Below are positions 1-8,531 of a stretch of DNA of 25,675 nucleotides, piece after piece (the stretch's first letter is position 1; every line of letters begins with the position of its first letter). The notes under the pieces were generated by a model. That model saw only the letters and a program-made list of their open reading frames with translations. It had not been told where the DNA came from and did not search any database. The DNA lies in the NCBI GenBank assembly GCA_005191425.1, contig SUPR01000047.1:1-25675 (forward strand). The letters are read 5' to 3'. The position numbers and the translations under genes were made by a program. The DNA is from Candidatus Helarchaeota ASGARD archaeon Hel_GB_B (GTDB lineage: Archaea; Asgardarchaeota; Lokiarchaeia; Helarchaeales; HEL-GB-B).

Positions 1-2
1 GC

Positions 3-494
3 GTTTTTCCATGGAATATCTCAGAGAAAAAGATTGAAGATTTGGGACTGTCCAAGGAAAAATTATTTGAAATATTTAAAGAATTGAAAAAAGAAGAGTT
101 AGAATTTAGAATTGTTGCATTTTTAGAGAATTTTAATATTCCAAAGGAAATTTTAACAAAAATGATAGATGAAACTTCTTTTGTTGAACAAAAGTTAATA
201 ATTTTAGCTGCTATTCTTTCTCTGAAACCTTCTATACTTATTTTAGATGAATTTGATGCCGATATGGACATAATAACAAAAAGACTAGTTGTTAATAATT
301 TATTAAAAATAAATAGTCAATATCAAACTACAATTATTTTCTCTACACACGATCCATCTTTTTTAAAAGACCTCTCTCATAGAAGTTTAATTTTAGAAAA
401 TGGTAAAATAACAGAAATTAACACACCCGAAATAATTTATACAAAATTTTTAGAAACAATGAAAAATAGCTTGAAATATTCGTTAGTATTATAA
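3..494 (+). CDS. ABC-type ATPase, C-terminal part (5'-truncated by the window edge)
   Basis: The frame is open from base 3 (VFPWNISEKKIEDLGLSK...), so the TTG at 42 is not the true start. Walker B/D-loop ILILDEFDADMD and H-switch IFSTHD are present; the signature position reads TSFVEQK instead of LSGGQ. Confidence 0.8.
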   Translation, partial: VFPWNISEKKIEDLGLSKEKLFEIFKELKKEELEFRIVAFLENFNIPKEILTKMIDETSFVEQKLIILAAILSLKPSILILDEFDADMDIITKRLVVNNLLKINSQYQTTIIFSTHDPSFLKDLSHRSLILENGKITEINTPEIIYTKFLETMKNSLKYSLVL

Positions 495-528
495 AATTAA
501 AATATATTATTAAGTAGCCACCAAAAAT

Positions 529-1959
529 TCAACTTATTTTATTTAATAAAGCCTTAATACTATTTTCAATTAAATTAATCCTGTATTTACTTGTCATAGT
601 TTTTAAAATTTGGTTTCTTATGAACTTAGGGTTTGATAAAAATTTTGCATATGCATTCACCATTATTTTTTCCAATATTTCTTCCCCAAGGACATTAGGT
701 AAAACTTCAAAGACTCTAATATACTTTTTCCAATCGCGTTCTCTTGAAACAATGTTTTTTTTCTCGAGTTCCTTCCATAAATCTGAACCCATTAGTATGT
801 ATAAATATTGATATTGAATAAAAGTTAAATCTAATTTCATACTAAATTTTATTGTATTATTAATTTCATCTAAAGTTTCTCCAGGACCACCGAGGATAAA
901 TAATCCAATAATATTTTCGATTCTTGCTTTATGCGCATTTTTTATAGCTTGTTGTGATATTTCTGGTGTGATCCTCTTATTATAATAATTTAACATTCTT
1001 TTATTAGCACTTTCAATTCCAAATAATACTGATTTACAGTTTGATTTTTCCATTGTCCTTAGTAATTGTATGTTTGCTTGGTCAACTCTACCTTCACAGC
1101 CCCATGAAAAGTCGAACTTTTCTTTTTGCATCATTAAGCATAAGTCGACTGTTCTTTTTTGGTTTAAGACAAAACAATCATCAACAAAACTTATTTCTTC
1201 ATATCCACAATCTTCTAAATATTTTAATTCATCAATAACATTTTTTAAAGACCTTACCCGTAAAACTCCTTTTAAACCTGAATTTATATGAATTCCACAG
1301 AACTTGCAATTAAAGGGACAGCCTCGAGAAGTGGCTAGTATGGTAAATTTTTTTCCACTCATTGTATAGTTATAATCAATAAGATTTCTATCAGGGAACG
1401 GAATTTCATCAAGGTCTTTAATGGGTTTTGCATTAGGTGTCATCTTTATTTTATTATCTTTTCTGAAAGTAATCCCCCGGACATTTTCAAGTTCGTCTAA
1501 TTTATTTTTTTCAATAACATCTATTAAATTTGGTAAAGGTTTTTCGGCTTCGCCTCTAACGCAATAGTCTACAAAAGGGTAGTCCTTTAAAATCAGGTCG
1601 GAACATAAAGTTGCTAAAATATTTCCAACAATTAAATTTATGTTAGGATTCCAATTTTTAATTAATTTTGCAATTTCCATTGAAATATTAAAAGAGGGGG
1701 AAAGAGGCGATAGACCTACAATGTTTGGATCGAATTTCTTTATAGATTCTAATATTTGAGCTGGACTAGCACCAGTGACATCTTGATCTAAAATTTTTAC
1801 ATTATGACCTTCACGGGATAAAATTTCACCTAAATATAATAGACCTAGCGGTGGATAAGTATTTTGCCTTTTTACGATTTTATTATTCCTATTTTCTATT
1901 TCTACTGTTGGTGAAGGGTTGATTAAGATAATCTTCAGTATTAAAACACCTATTTTCAA
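529..1959 (-). CDS. Cobalamin-binding radical SAM protein (class B methyltransferase-like), paralogue 1
   Basis: N-terminal B12-binding domain (PPLGLLYL, VDYCVRGEAE), SRGCPFNCKFC (CxxxCxxC), FVDDCF, LFGIES. ORF-track start is TTG 1959; CTG 1938 is a better-supported start (see findings). Confidence 0.9.
   Translation of the reverse strand: MKIGVLILKIILINPSPTVEIENRNNKIVKRQNTYPPLGLLYLGEILSREGHNVKILDQDVTGASPAQILESIKKFDPNIVGLSPLSPSFNISMEIAKLIKNWNPNINLIVGNILATLCSDLILKDYPFVDYCVRGEAEKPLPNLIDVIEKNKLDELENVRGITFRKDNKIKMTPNAKPIKDLDEIPFPDRNLIDYNYTMSGKKFTILATSRGCPFNCKFCGIHINSGLKGVLRVRSLKNVIDELKYLEDCGYEEISFVDDCFVLNQKRTVDLCLMMQKEKFDFSWGCEGRVDQANIQLLRTMEKSNCKSVLFGIESANKRMLNYYNKRITPEISQQAIKNAHKARIENIIGLFILGGPGETLDEINNTIKFSMKLDLTFIQYQYLYILMGSDLWKELEKKNIVSRERDWKKYIRVFEVLPNVLGEEILEKIMVNAYAKFLSNPKFIRNQILKTMTSKYRINLIENSIKALLNKIS
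1947..1951 (-). promoter_or_regulatory. Candidate Shine-Dalgarno AGGTG, 8 nt upstream of CTG 1938
   Basis: Minus strand reads ata-GGTG-ttttaata-CTG AAG ATT ATC TTA ATC AAC; matches the archaeal SD consensus (GGAGGTGA). Confidence 0.45.
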
Positions 1960-2494
1960 TCCATATCATAATAAATGCTGAATTTTTAATTAAAATATTG
2001 TGATGACTTTATTTTTTTATCTTAATTTTATTTTAAATACATTTAATTTTTTTGTTGATTATTTATAATTTTTGATTTTATCCTTTTTAATAAATTTTAA
2101 ATTGCTTGAAATTCGCAGTAGTTTTTGAAACTCTGAAGTTCTAAATCGTCTAAAATTCAAGAAAAATTGAATAAAAAACAAATATTTTTAAATTATAATA
2201 AAGTAATATTCTAATTTTGTTTGAATTAAAATTTTACTAGTAAATTTCTTAATTAAATTTAAAATTCTTTTTTCAGATGTTTTATCATCCTTATATTTAA
2301 TTTGAATAAATGGAAATTATATTATTATTATAAATAACGGACATTTTGACCTTATTTAGAAGGTAAAAATCATTCCAATTCTTTAAAATTCTCAATTTTA
2401 TGAATTTAGAATGTACAATTGAAATATAAAATAAATGTTTATTTTCTAATCGCTAGAAAAATTAAAATTATATCATAAAATTTTAGATAATAAG

Positions 2495-3970
2495 ATGAAA
2501 ATACTATTAATCAATCCCAGTTCTAAGATTTTTGATTCATATATTGACCGGACAGATTATTATAATAAGAAGCATTTATTTACTGCATCAATGCCACCAA
2601 TGGGCTTATTATATTTGGATGCAATTCTAGATGATTCTGGATATAAAACAATGATTATTGACCATTCAGCAACTGGAATTTCGTTAAATTCAATGTTAAA
2701 GAAAATTAAGAATTTTGACCCAGAAATAATCGGTATATCAGTTTTATCTAATTCATCGCAGACATCTAATAAAATTGCGAGAAGTATTAAAAAATTGAAT
2801 CCAAATATTAAAATTGTTTATGGAAATTGTCATGCAACGATATGGGGAAAAAGGATACTTAAAAATTATCCTTTTGTTGATTATTGTGTAAAGGGAGAGG
2901 GCGAATATACTTTTTTAAAATTACTTGATGCAATTGAACACAATAAATCAATGGAAAATATTGATGGCTTGGTATATCGAAATAATGGTCATATTGTAGA
3001 AAATAAGGATGCTCCACTTATCGAGGAACTTGATAAATTGCCATTTCCTAATAGGGAAAAATTAAATATTGAATATTCATGGGATTTTGGGGGCTTCAAA
3101 TTTGCGCAAGGGAGATTTTCAACAATTCTATCATCGCGTGGATGCCCTTTTAAGTGTATTTATTGTATGAATAGTTTATTAGCCAGACATAAATGGCGGT
3201 CAAGGTCTATTGAAAATATAATTGAAGAGTTATTATTATTAGAAGAAATGAAGTACAAAGAAATATTTTTTTTGGACGATAATTTTACATTAAAAAGAAA
3301 TAGAGTAATTGAGATAAACGAGAGAATTAAAAAAGAAAAAATTGATATTGTATTTTCAGCTAGAGGAAGAGTTGATCAAAATAGCGGAAATATGTTCAAA
3401 TCTATGGTAGAAAAAGGTAATTTCAAATATATCTCTTTTGGGGTGGAAAGTGGCTCACAAAAGATTCTTGATTATTATAATAAAATGATTACTCCACAAC
3501 AAGCATATGATACGCTAAAGTTAGCGAGAAAGGCGGGGTTTGATTTTATCATGGCAAATTTTATGGTTGGAGCCCCTTATGAATCCTTAAGCGATATATA
3601 CCAGACCTTAAAATTTGTCTTAACTGCAGATATAAGCTGGCCTGTAATTACAATTGTACAAGCTGTTCCAGGGACTAAAATGTGGGTTGATCTTCAGAAA
3701 ATAAAATCATTAAACATAGATAAATATTGGGAAACTGGAGTCCCTGTAATTGACCTGAATATTAATGGTTATACGAGAGAAATTCTAAATAAATTAATAA
3801 TAGAAACATATTCCCGATTTACATCATTTAGAAGATTTAAGTTCTTATTCAATGAATTTCTTACATCTTTAAAAAGTTCATACAAATTAAAAAAGGTGAT
3901 TAACCTTCTTAGAAATTTAAATTTACTTAAAGGTATTTATTCAGAAATTGCTGATGGTATGAGCGCTTAA
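2495..3970 (+). CDS. Cobalamin-binding radical SAM protein, paralogue 2
   Basis: MKILLINP start, PPMGLLYL, YGNCHAT, VDYCVKGEGE, SRGCPFKCIYC, FLDDNFT, FGVESGS. Confidence 0.92.
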   Translation: MKILLINPSSKIFDSYIDRTDYYNKKHLFTASMPPMGLLYLDAILDDSGYKTMIIDHSATGISLNSMLKKIKNFDPEIIGISVLSNSSQTSNKIARSIKKLNPNIKIVYGNCHATIWGKRILKNYPFVDYCVKGEGEYTFLKLLDAIEHNKSMENIDGLVYRNNGHIVENKDAPLIEELDKLPFPNREKLNIEYSWDFGGFKFAQGRFSTILSSRGCPFKCIYCMNSLLARHKWRSRSIENIIEELLLLEEMKYKEIFFLDDNFTLKRNRVIEINERIKKEKIDIVFSARGRVDQNSGNMFKSMVEKGNFKYISFGVESGSQKILDYYNKMITPQQAYDTLKLARKAGFDFIMANFMVGAPYESLSDIYQTLKFVLTADISWPVITIVQAVPGTKMWVDLQKIKSLNIDKYWETGVPVIDLNINGYTREILNKLIIETYSRFTSFRRFKFLFNEFLTSLKSSYKLKKVINLLRNLNLLKGIYSEIADGMSA

Positions 3971-3995
3971 AATTATAGATAGACAAAATAAAATT

Positions 3996-4211
3996 TTAAT
4001 CTTCTGGAATCAACATCCTAAAGATACCTGCCATTCCACCAAAAGTGAGCATTTTTACTGTATCGTCTCGCCCATACTCTCTAAAAGAATATTTAATACG
4101 TTCTTTCAAGATCTTTGAAATTGCAATTATTCCAATTGATATTATCGGAAATAAGAATAATTCTAAAAGAGTAAATATAAAAAACGAAATTTTTCTTTTT
4201 ATGTGAGTCAT
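3996..4211 (-). CDS. Small membrane protein A (71 aa), paralogue of 7249..7494
   Basis: ATG start, hydrophobic residues ~8-32, fills the gap between two genes, 23/71 ungapped identity with the 81-aa ORF at 7249. Confidence 0.8.
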   Translation of the reverse strand: MTHIKRKISFFIFTLLELFLFPIISIGIIAISKILKERIKYSFREYGRDDTVKMLTFGGMAGIFRMLIPED

Positions 4212-4232
4212 TAATAGAATTATTTAATAGAT

Positions 4233-4244
4233 ACTTAAATAAGT
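4233..4244. promoter_or_regulatory. Candidate bidirectional TATA-like/operator element ACTTAAATAAGT
   Basis: Dyad ACTTA-AA-TAAGT centred in the 57-bp gap between divergent starts 4211(-) and 4269/4275(+), about 27 and 30-36 nt from them. Confidence 0.35.
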
Positions 4245-4268
4245 TATCATCAATTAAATCATTAATGA

Positions 4269-5693
4269 GTGCTTATGAAAATCTTATTACTCCACCCAGG
4301 TATTCATTATTTCCGCGAAGGGAATAAATTAATAGTGAAAAAAAAGACAGTCATTACAGACCATACATTACCGCTGGGTATTTTATATATTGCAGAAGTT
4401 TTAAAAAGAAATAACATTGAAATAGAAGTTTTTGATCATGCGGTAATCAATTTATCAGTTGATAAATTAGTAAAATGGATTATAAAAAATGATTTTGACC
4501 TTGTTGGATTATCTGTAATGGGTGGGTCTTTTATAACAGCCATTGAAATTTCTAAACGTCTTAAAAAATTAAACCCAAACATTATAATAGTATTTGGCGG
4601 AGTTCAGTCTACACTCTGTCATGATAGAATAATGGAAAAGTATAACCAGGAAGTAGATTATTGTGTTCGTGGTGAAGGAGAATATACATTTTTAGAATTA
4701 ATTGAAGCGCTTAGGAAAAATAAAGAGATAAAAGACGTCCGTGGAATAACTTATTACGAACATGGTATTGTAAAATTTACTGAAGATAGGCCCGAGTTAA
4801 AAAATCTTGATGATTTACCAATTCCTGATAGGTCAATCCTTACAAAAAAGTTTAGATATTTACTTGGGGGAAAAGTAAGTCCGTTAATATCATCTCGCGG
4901 CTGTATTTATAATTGCAGGTTCTGTTCGTGCGGAGTTTTGTATAAACGTCGGTTAAGATTCAGGAGCGTAGAAAATGTAATTAAGGAATTAATATATTTA
5001 GAAAATGAAGGGTTTAAGGAAATAAATATAGTTGATGATTGTTTTACAATCAATGTAAAAAGAGTTCATAAAATATGCGAGCAAATTAAAAAAGAGAAAT
5101 TAGATCTTAAATGGCACTGCCTCTGTAGGACCAATATTGGTGATTATAATATGTACAGACATATGGCTACTGCAGGGTGTGCTACTGTATCTCTGGGTAT
5201 CGAAAGTGCAAATCAACGAATTCTCGACTATTATGATAAAAAATCAACTGTCGAGAATGCAAAAATAAGTGTGAAAAATGCTAATAAAGCAAGAATACCA
5301 AATGTTTATGGAGGATTTATAATAGGAGCGCCAGGTGAGACGGTTCAAGAAGTTTTAAACACAATTAAATTTGGTCTTAAATTAAATTTGTCCTTTATGC
5401 AATTTCAGTTATTAAATGTTTTACCCAAAACTCAAATTTTTGATGAATTTGTCCGTAAAGGTTGGTTAGATCCATCACAAACATGGGAACAGCCAGTTAT
5501 TGCAGCAGATGTTTGTCCAACAGCTGTCCCTAAAAAAATTCTTGAAAAAATTGTTGAAGTAGCGTATATACACTTTGTCGGAGATTCAAAAAGAATTATT
5601 AAAGAATATCTCCGGTCAATGAGAGCAGAATATCGATTTCAGATATTTAAGAATATACCCGAGCAATTGAAAAAAGTATTAAGTAAATATTAA
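4269..5693 (+). CDS. Cobalamin-binding radical SAM protein, paralogue 3
   Basis: LPLGILYIA, VDYCVRGEGE, SRGCIYNCRFC, IVDDCFT, LGIESAN. ATG 4275 (MKILLLHP) matches the start of paralogue 2. Confidence 0.92.
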   Translation: MLMKILLLHPGIHYFREGNKLIVKKKTVITDHTLPLGILYIAEVLKRNNIEIEVFDHAVINLSVDKLVKWIIKNDFDLVGLSVMGGSFITAIEISKRLKKLNPNIIIVFGGVQSTLCHDRIMEKYNQEVDYCVRGEGEYTFLELIEALRKNKEIKDVRGITYYEHGIVKFTEDRPELKNLDDLPIPDRSILTKKFRYLLGGKVSPLISSRGCIYNCRFCSCGVLYKRRLRFRSVENVIKELIYLENEGFKEINIVDDCFTINVKRVHKICEQIKKEKLDLKWHCLCRTNIGDYNMYRHMATAGCATVSLGIESANQRILDYYDKKSTVENAKISVKNANKARIPNVYGGFIIGAPGETVQEVLNTIKFGLKLNLSFMQFQLLNVLPKTQIFDEFVRKGWLDPSQTWEQPVIAADVCPTAVPKKILEKIVEVAYIHFVGDSKRIIKEYLRSMRAEYRFQIFKNIPEQLKKVLSKY

Positions 5694-5705
5694 TGTGATT
5701 TTTTA

Positions 5706-7235
5706 ATGACAGGCTTACGAATTTTAGGTATGTCTTTTTCAAAATTAATTAACAAAATACTTTATTCATATAAAGATCCATTATTAATACAGAGAAAAAT
5801 TTTAACAAACATAATAAAGGTAAACAAAAACACTTTATTTGGAAAAATTCACAAATTTAGCCAAATTAAGTCAATTAAAGATTTTCAGTCCCATTGTCCC
5901 ATTTACACTTATTCTGACATTGAACCATATATTAAAAAAATGTTAAATGGTGAAAAAAATGTACTAATTGGGAGTAAACAAATTTATTGGGGGAAAACTG
6001 CGGGTACTTCTGGAACTCAAAAATTTATACCAATAACAAGAAAAAGTATATTTAATGCATCTAAATGCTCTTTACGTATAATTTTATCATATATTTCTGA
6101 AAATACTAAAGAGAATTCAAAAATTCTTGATGGTATTATGTATCTATATTCATCCGATCCATATTTGGGGGAAATAAATGGTCTGCCTGTTGGTTTTGGA
6201 ACGGGTGCATTTGATCAATCATCCTCAACAGGTTTTTTAAGATTTTTAAAATTAAATCTGTATTCTAATTCCAAGTTTTACAATATTAAAAACTTTGATA
6301 TAAGGACAAACATGATGGTACAAGATTGTTGTAAATTAAATATAACATCTTTTTTTGGAGTAACTTCAATATTAATCAATTTTATGGAGACGATACTACA
6401 AAAAGCGCCAGATCTTGGAATTCAAGCCGATAAGTTAATAGATATTTTTCCCAATTATAAATTTTCAATTATGGGTGGAGAACCGCTACAGTTTTATAGA
6501 AACAGATTAAGACATGTTGTGGGTTCTGAAGTTGACTGTAGAGAATTATATGGTGCAACCGAAGAGATTATTGCTGCCCAGTTTGGAAGTAAGTCTAGTT
6601 TGACTCCTATGTTGGACGCAAACTTTTTTGAATTTGTTCCAGTTGATAATCCCGAAGAAAGATTACTTATAAATGAAATTAATAAACACAAAGAATATTT
6701 TATAATTATTACAAATTATAATGGATTATATTCATATAATTTAGGTGATATTATTGAATTTGTTTCTACTACACCGCCTTTATTGATCTTTAAAAGAAGA
6801 AAAGACACAATTAATTTGGCTTCAGAAAAAATAACTTTAGATCAACTTTATCGTAGTATTAGAAATGCAAATCAAAAATTTGGTAGTAAAACAAAGGATT
6901 ATATCATATGTGGTATATTTCACCCCAAACCTCGCTATATATTATTGATTGAATTTTTCCCTAATTCACATCCAACAGATTATAATAAATATTTATTTGA
7001 ATTTAATTCAAATTTAATGAAATATAGTAGCGTATATGCCGATTTAATTAAGGTACAGCATGCTATTTCCCCTCCTATTATGTGGGTTCTTGAAAATGAT
7101 TCGTTCAAAAAATATCAAATTCAAATTTTAAATAATGGACATCCTGCTGGTCAAGCTAAATTTCCTAGAATAACTGTAAAAAAAGAAATTCTTGAATATT
7201 TTTCTAAAAAAATTATTAAAAAAGTAGAGATTTAA
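5706..7235 (+). CDS. GH3-family acyl acid-amido synthetase (adenylate-forming ligase)
   Basis: N-terminal Q..IL..IIK.NKNT.FGK.H.F segment, motif I KTAGTSGTQKFIPIT, motif II LYGATE, FFEFVP, motif III YSYNLGDII, C-terminal GQAKFPR. Confidence 0.88.
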   Translation: MTGLRILGMSFSKLINKILYSYKDPLLIQRKILTNIIKVNKNTLFGKIHKFSQIKSIKDFQSHCPIYTYSDIEPYIKKMLNGEKNVLIGSKQIYWGKTAGTSGTQKFIPITRKSIFNASKCSLRIILSYISENTKENSKILDGIMYLYSSDPYLGEINGLPVGFGTGAFDQSSSTGFLRFLKLNLYSNSKFYNIKNFDIRTNMMVQDCCKLNITSFFGVTSILINFMETILQKAPDLGIQADKLIDIFPNYKFSIMGGEPLQFYRNRLRHVVGSEVDCRELYGATEEIIAAQFGSKSSLTPMLDANFFEFVPVDNPEERLLINEINKHKEYFIIITNYNGLYSYNLGDIIEFVSTTPPLLIFKRRKDTINLASEKITLDQLYRSIRNANQKFGSKTKDYIICGIFHPKPRYILLIEFFPNSHPTDYNKYLFEFNSNLMKYSSVYADLIKVQHAISPPIMWVLENDSFKKYQIQILNNGHPAGQAKFPRITVKKEILEYFSKKIIKKVEI

Positions 7236-7248
7236 GGAAGATTATAAA

Positions 7249-7494
7249 ATGGGCAAATTATCATCTATCGTTTTTAGAATTTTATTATTACTATTAATAT
7301 TATTTTTTTACCCTACAATTTTTATTGGGTCTTTTGCTTTATCTAGACTAATGAATCTACGAATAATACAATTGATGAAAAAATATGGGCGCGAAGATGT
7401 CATTAAAGTATTATTGATGAGTGGTTTCAGTGGATTTATAAGATTATTATTCAGTAACCCCGAAAGATCTGATAGAATTAAGCATAATTCATAA
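7249..7494 (+). CDS. Small membrane protein B (81 aa), paralogue of 3996..4211
   Basis: ATG 13 bp after the GH3 stop, preceded by purine-rich AAGGAAG; hydrophobic residues ~7-31; shares the YGRxD..K.L...G..G..R.L pattern with protein A. Confidence 0.82.
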   Translation: MGKLSSIVFRILLLLLILFFYPTIFIGSFALSRLMNLRIIQLMKKYGREDVIKVLLMSGFSGFIRLLFSNPERSDRIKHNS

Positions 7495-7522
7495 AAATAT
7501 ACAAAAAAAATATAAAAGAAAT

Positions 7523-8422
7523 TTAAAGCCATTTAATTTTTAATTTTTCTCTTGGAGGGGCTCTGAGAAACCGTATTGCGGGATATCCTATAATTAAAAC
7601 GCCTTGACATACCCTATTGTTTTTTATTCCTATCCATTGTCTTAACTTTGCATCTCTTTTTATTGCTTCTTGAGCGAATCCAATCCAGCATGTTCCTAAT
7701 CCTAAAGACTGTGCTGCTAGCATTCCATGTGTAATTGCAATTCCTGCATTATTACCTTCCATTCCACCATATTTTGGTAAGTCCAAGACAATAATACACG
7801 GCGCATTGTAAAATATTCTATCAATCCCCATTTCATAACTTCTAATCAGGTCATCAACGAACTTTTTTGTTTTAGGATCAGTTAAAAATTTCTTTTTATA
7901 ACCAAAAACAAAAAATCTAAAGATATTTTTAAATTTTAAAATAGTTCTAAAGAAGTAGAAAGATTTCATTATTTGTTTTTGAAAATATTTTATTTTATCA
8001 GGGTCTGTAATAACAGTATAATTCCAATCTTGTAAATTACTGGCACTGGGTGCATATCGCATAGCTTCTAAAATTAATTCAATTTTCTCTTTAGGGACTT
8101 TTTTATTTTGAAATCGTCTGATTGACCTTCTTGACCTTATAAATTTCATTAAATTATTTATATCTATAATTTTAGACGGGTCTTTTATCTCTTCAAATTC
8201 CCATAAATTGTCATCAATTTCCTTGTCCCACATGATGGCATTTCTTGGACATATTGCAATACAGTGCCCACATAAAATACACGCATTAAATTCATCGTCA
8301 AATACTATTTTTGGGCCTTCTTGGTCATTAGTTTCTTCTTTTCTATATAATTTTGAAGGACATTCTTTAATGCACTCTTCGCACCTAATACATTTATTTA
8401 AATCTACGCCAATAATTTTCAT
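7523..8422 (-). CDS. Nitroreductase-family flavoprotein with N-terminal 2x[4Fe-4S] ferredoxin domain
   Basis: CIRCEECIKECP and CILCGHCIAICP; FMN-binding RRSIRRF and APSASNLQ; LAAQSLGLGTCWIG. Confidence 0.92.
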   Translation of the reverse strand: MKIIGVDLNKCIRCEECIKECPSKLYRKEETNDQEGPKIVFDDEFNACILCGHCIAICPRNAIMWDKEIDDNLWEFEEIKDPSKIIDINNLMKFIRSRRSIRRFQNKKVPKEKIELILEAMRYAPSASNLQDWNYTVITDPDKIKYFQKQIMKSFYFFRTILKFKNIFRFFVFGYKKKFLTDPKTKKFVDDLIRSYEMGIDRIFYNAPCIIVLDLPKYGGMEGNNAGIAITHGMLAAQSLGLGTCWIGFAQEAIKRDAKLRQWIGIKNNRVCQGVLIIGYPAIRFLRAPPREKLKIKWL

Positions 8423-8531
8423 TTTAATTCTTTTCGAGAAGTTTATTCAGCAAGAGCGATTCTATAAGTAGATAGTACTTTTCCAATAAATTATATTTGG
8501 AATTTTTTCAAATTTATCTATTAAAAAAAAA

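Noticed and set aside
1960-2494. TATA boxes and oligo-T terminators in the long intergenic regions (also 15155-16100, 17105-17800, 22291-22853)
   Set aside because: The DNA is so AT-rich that such strings occur everywhere; individual sites cannot be singled out by eye.
7523-8422. Nitroreductase as a SagB/McbC-type azoline oxidase
   Set aside because: No YcaO cyclodehydratase in the window, the small proteins are not Cys/Ser/Thr-rich, and the ferredoxin-nitroreductase fusion is common in anaerobes.
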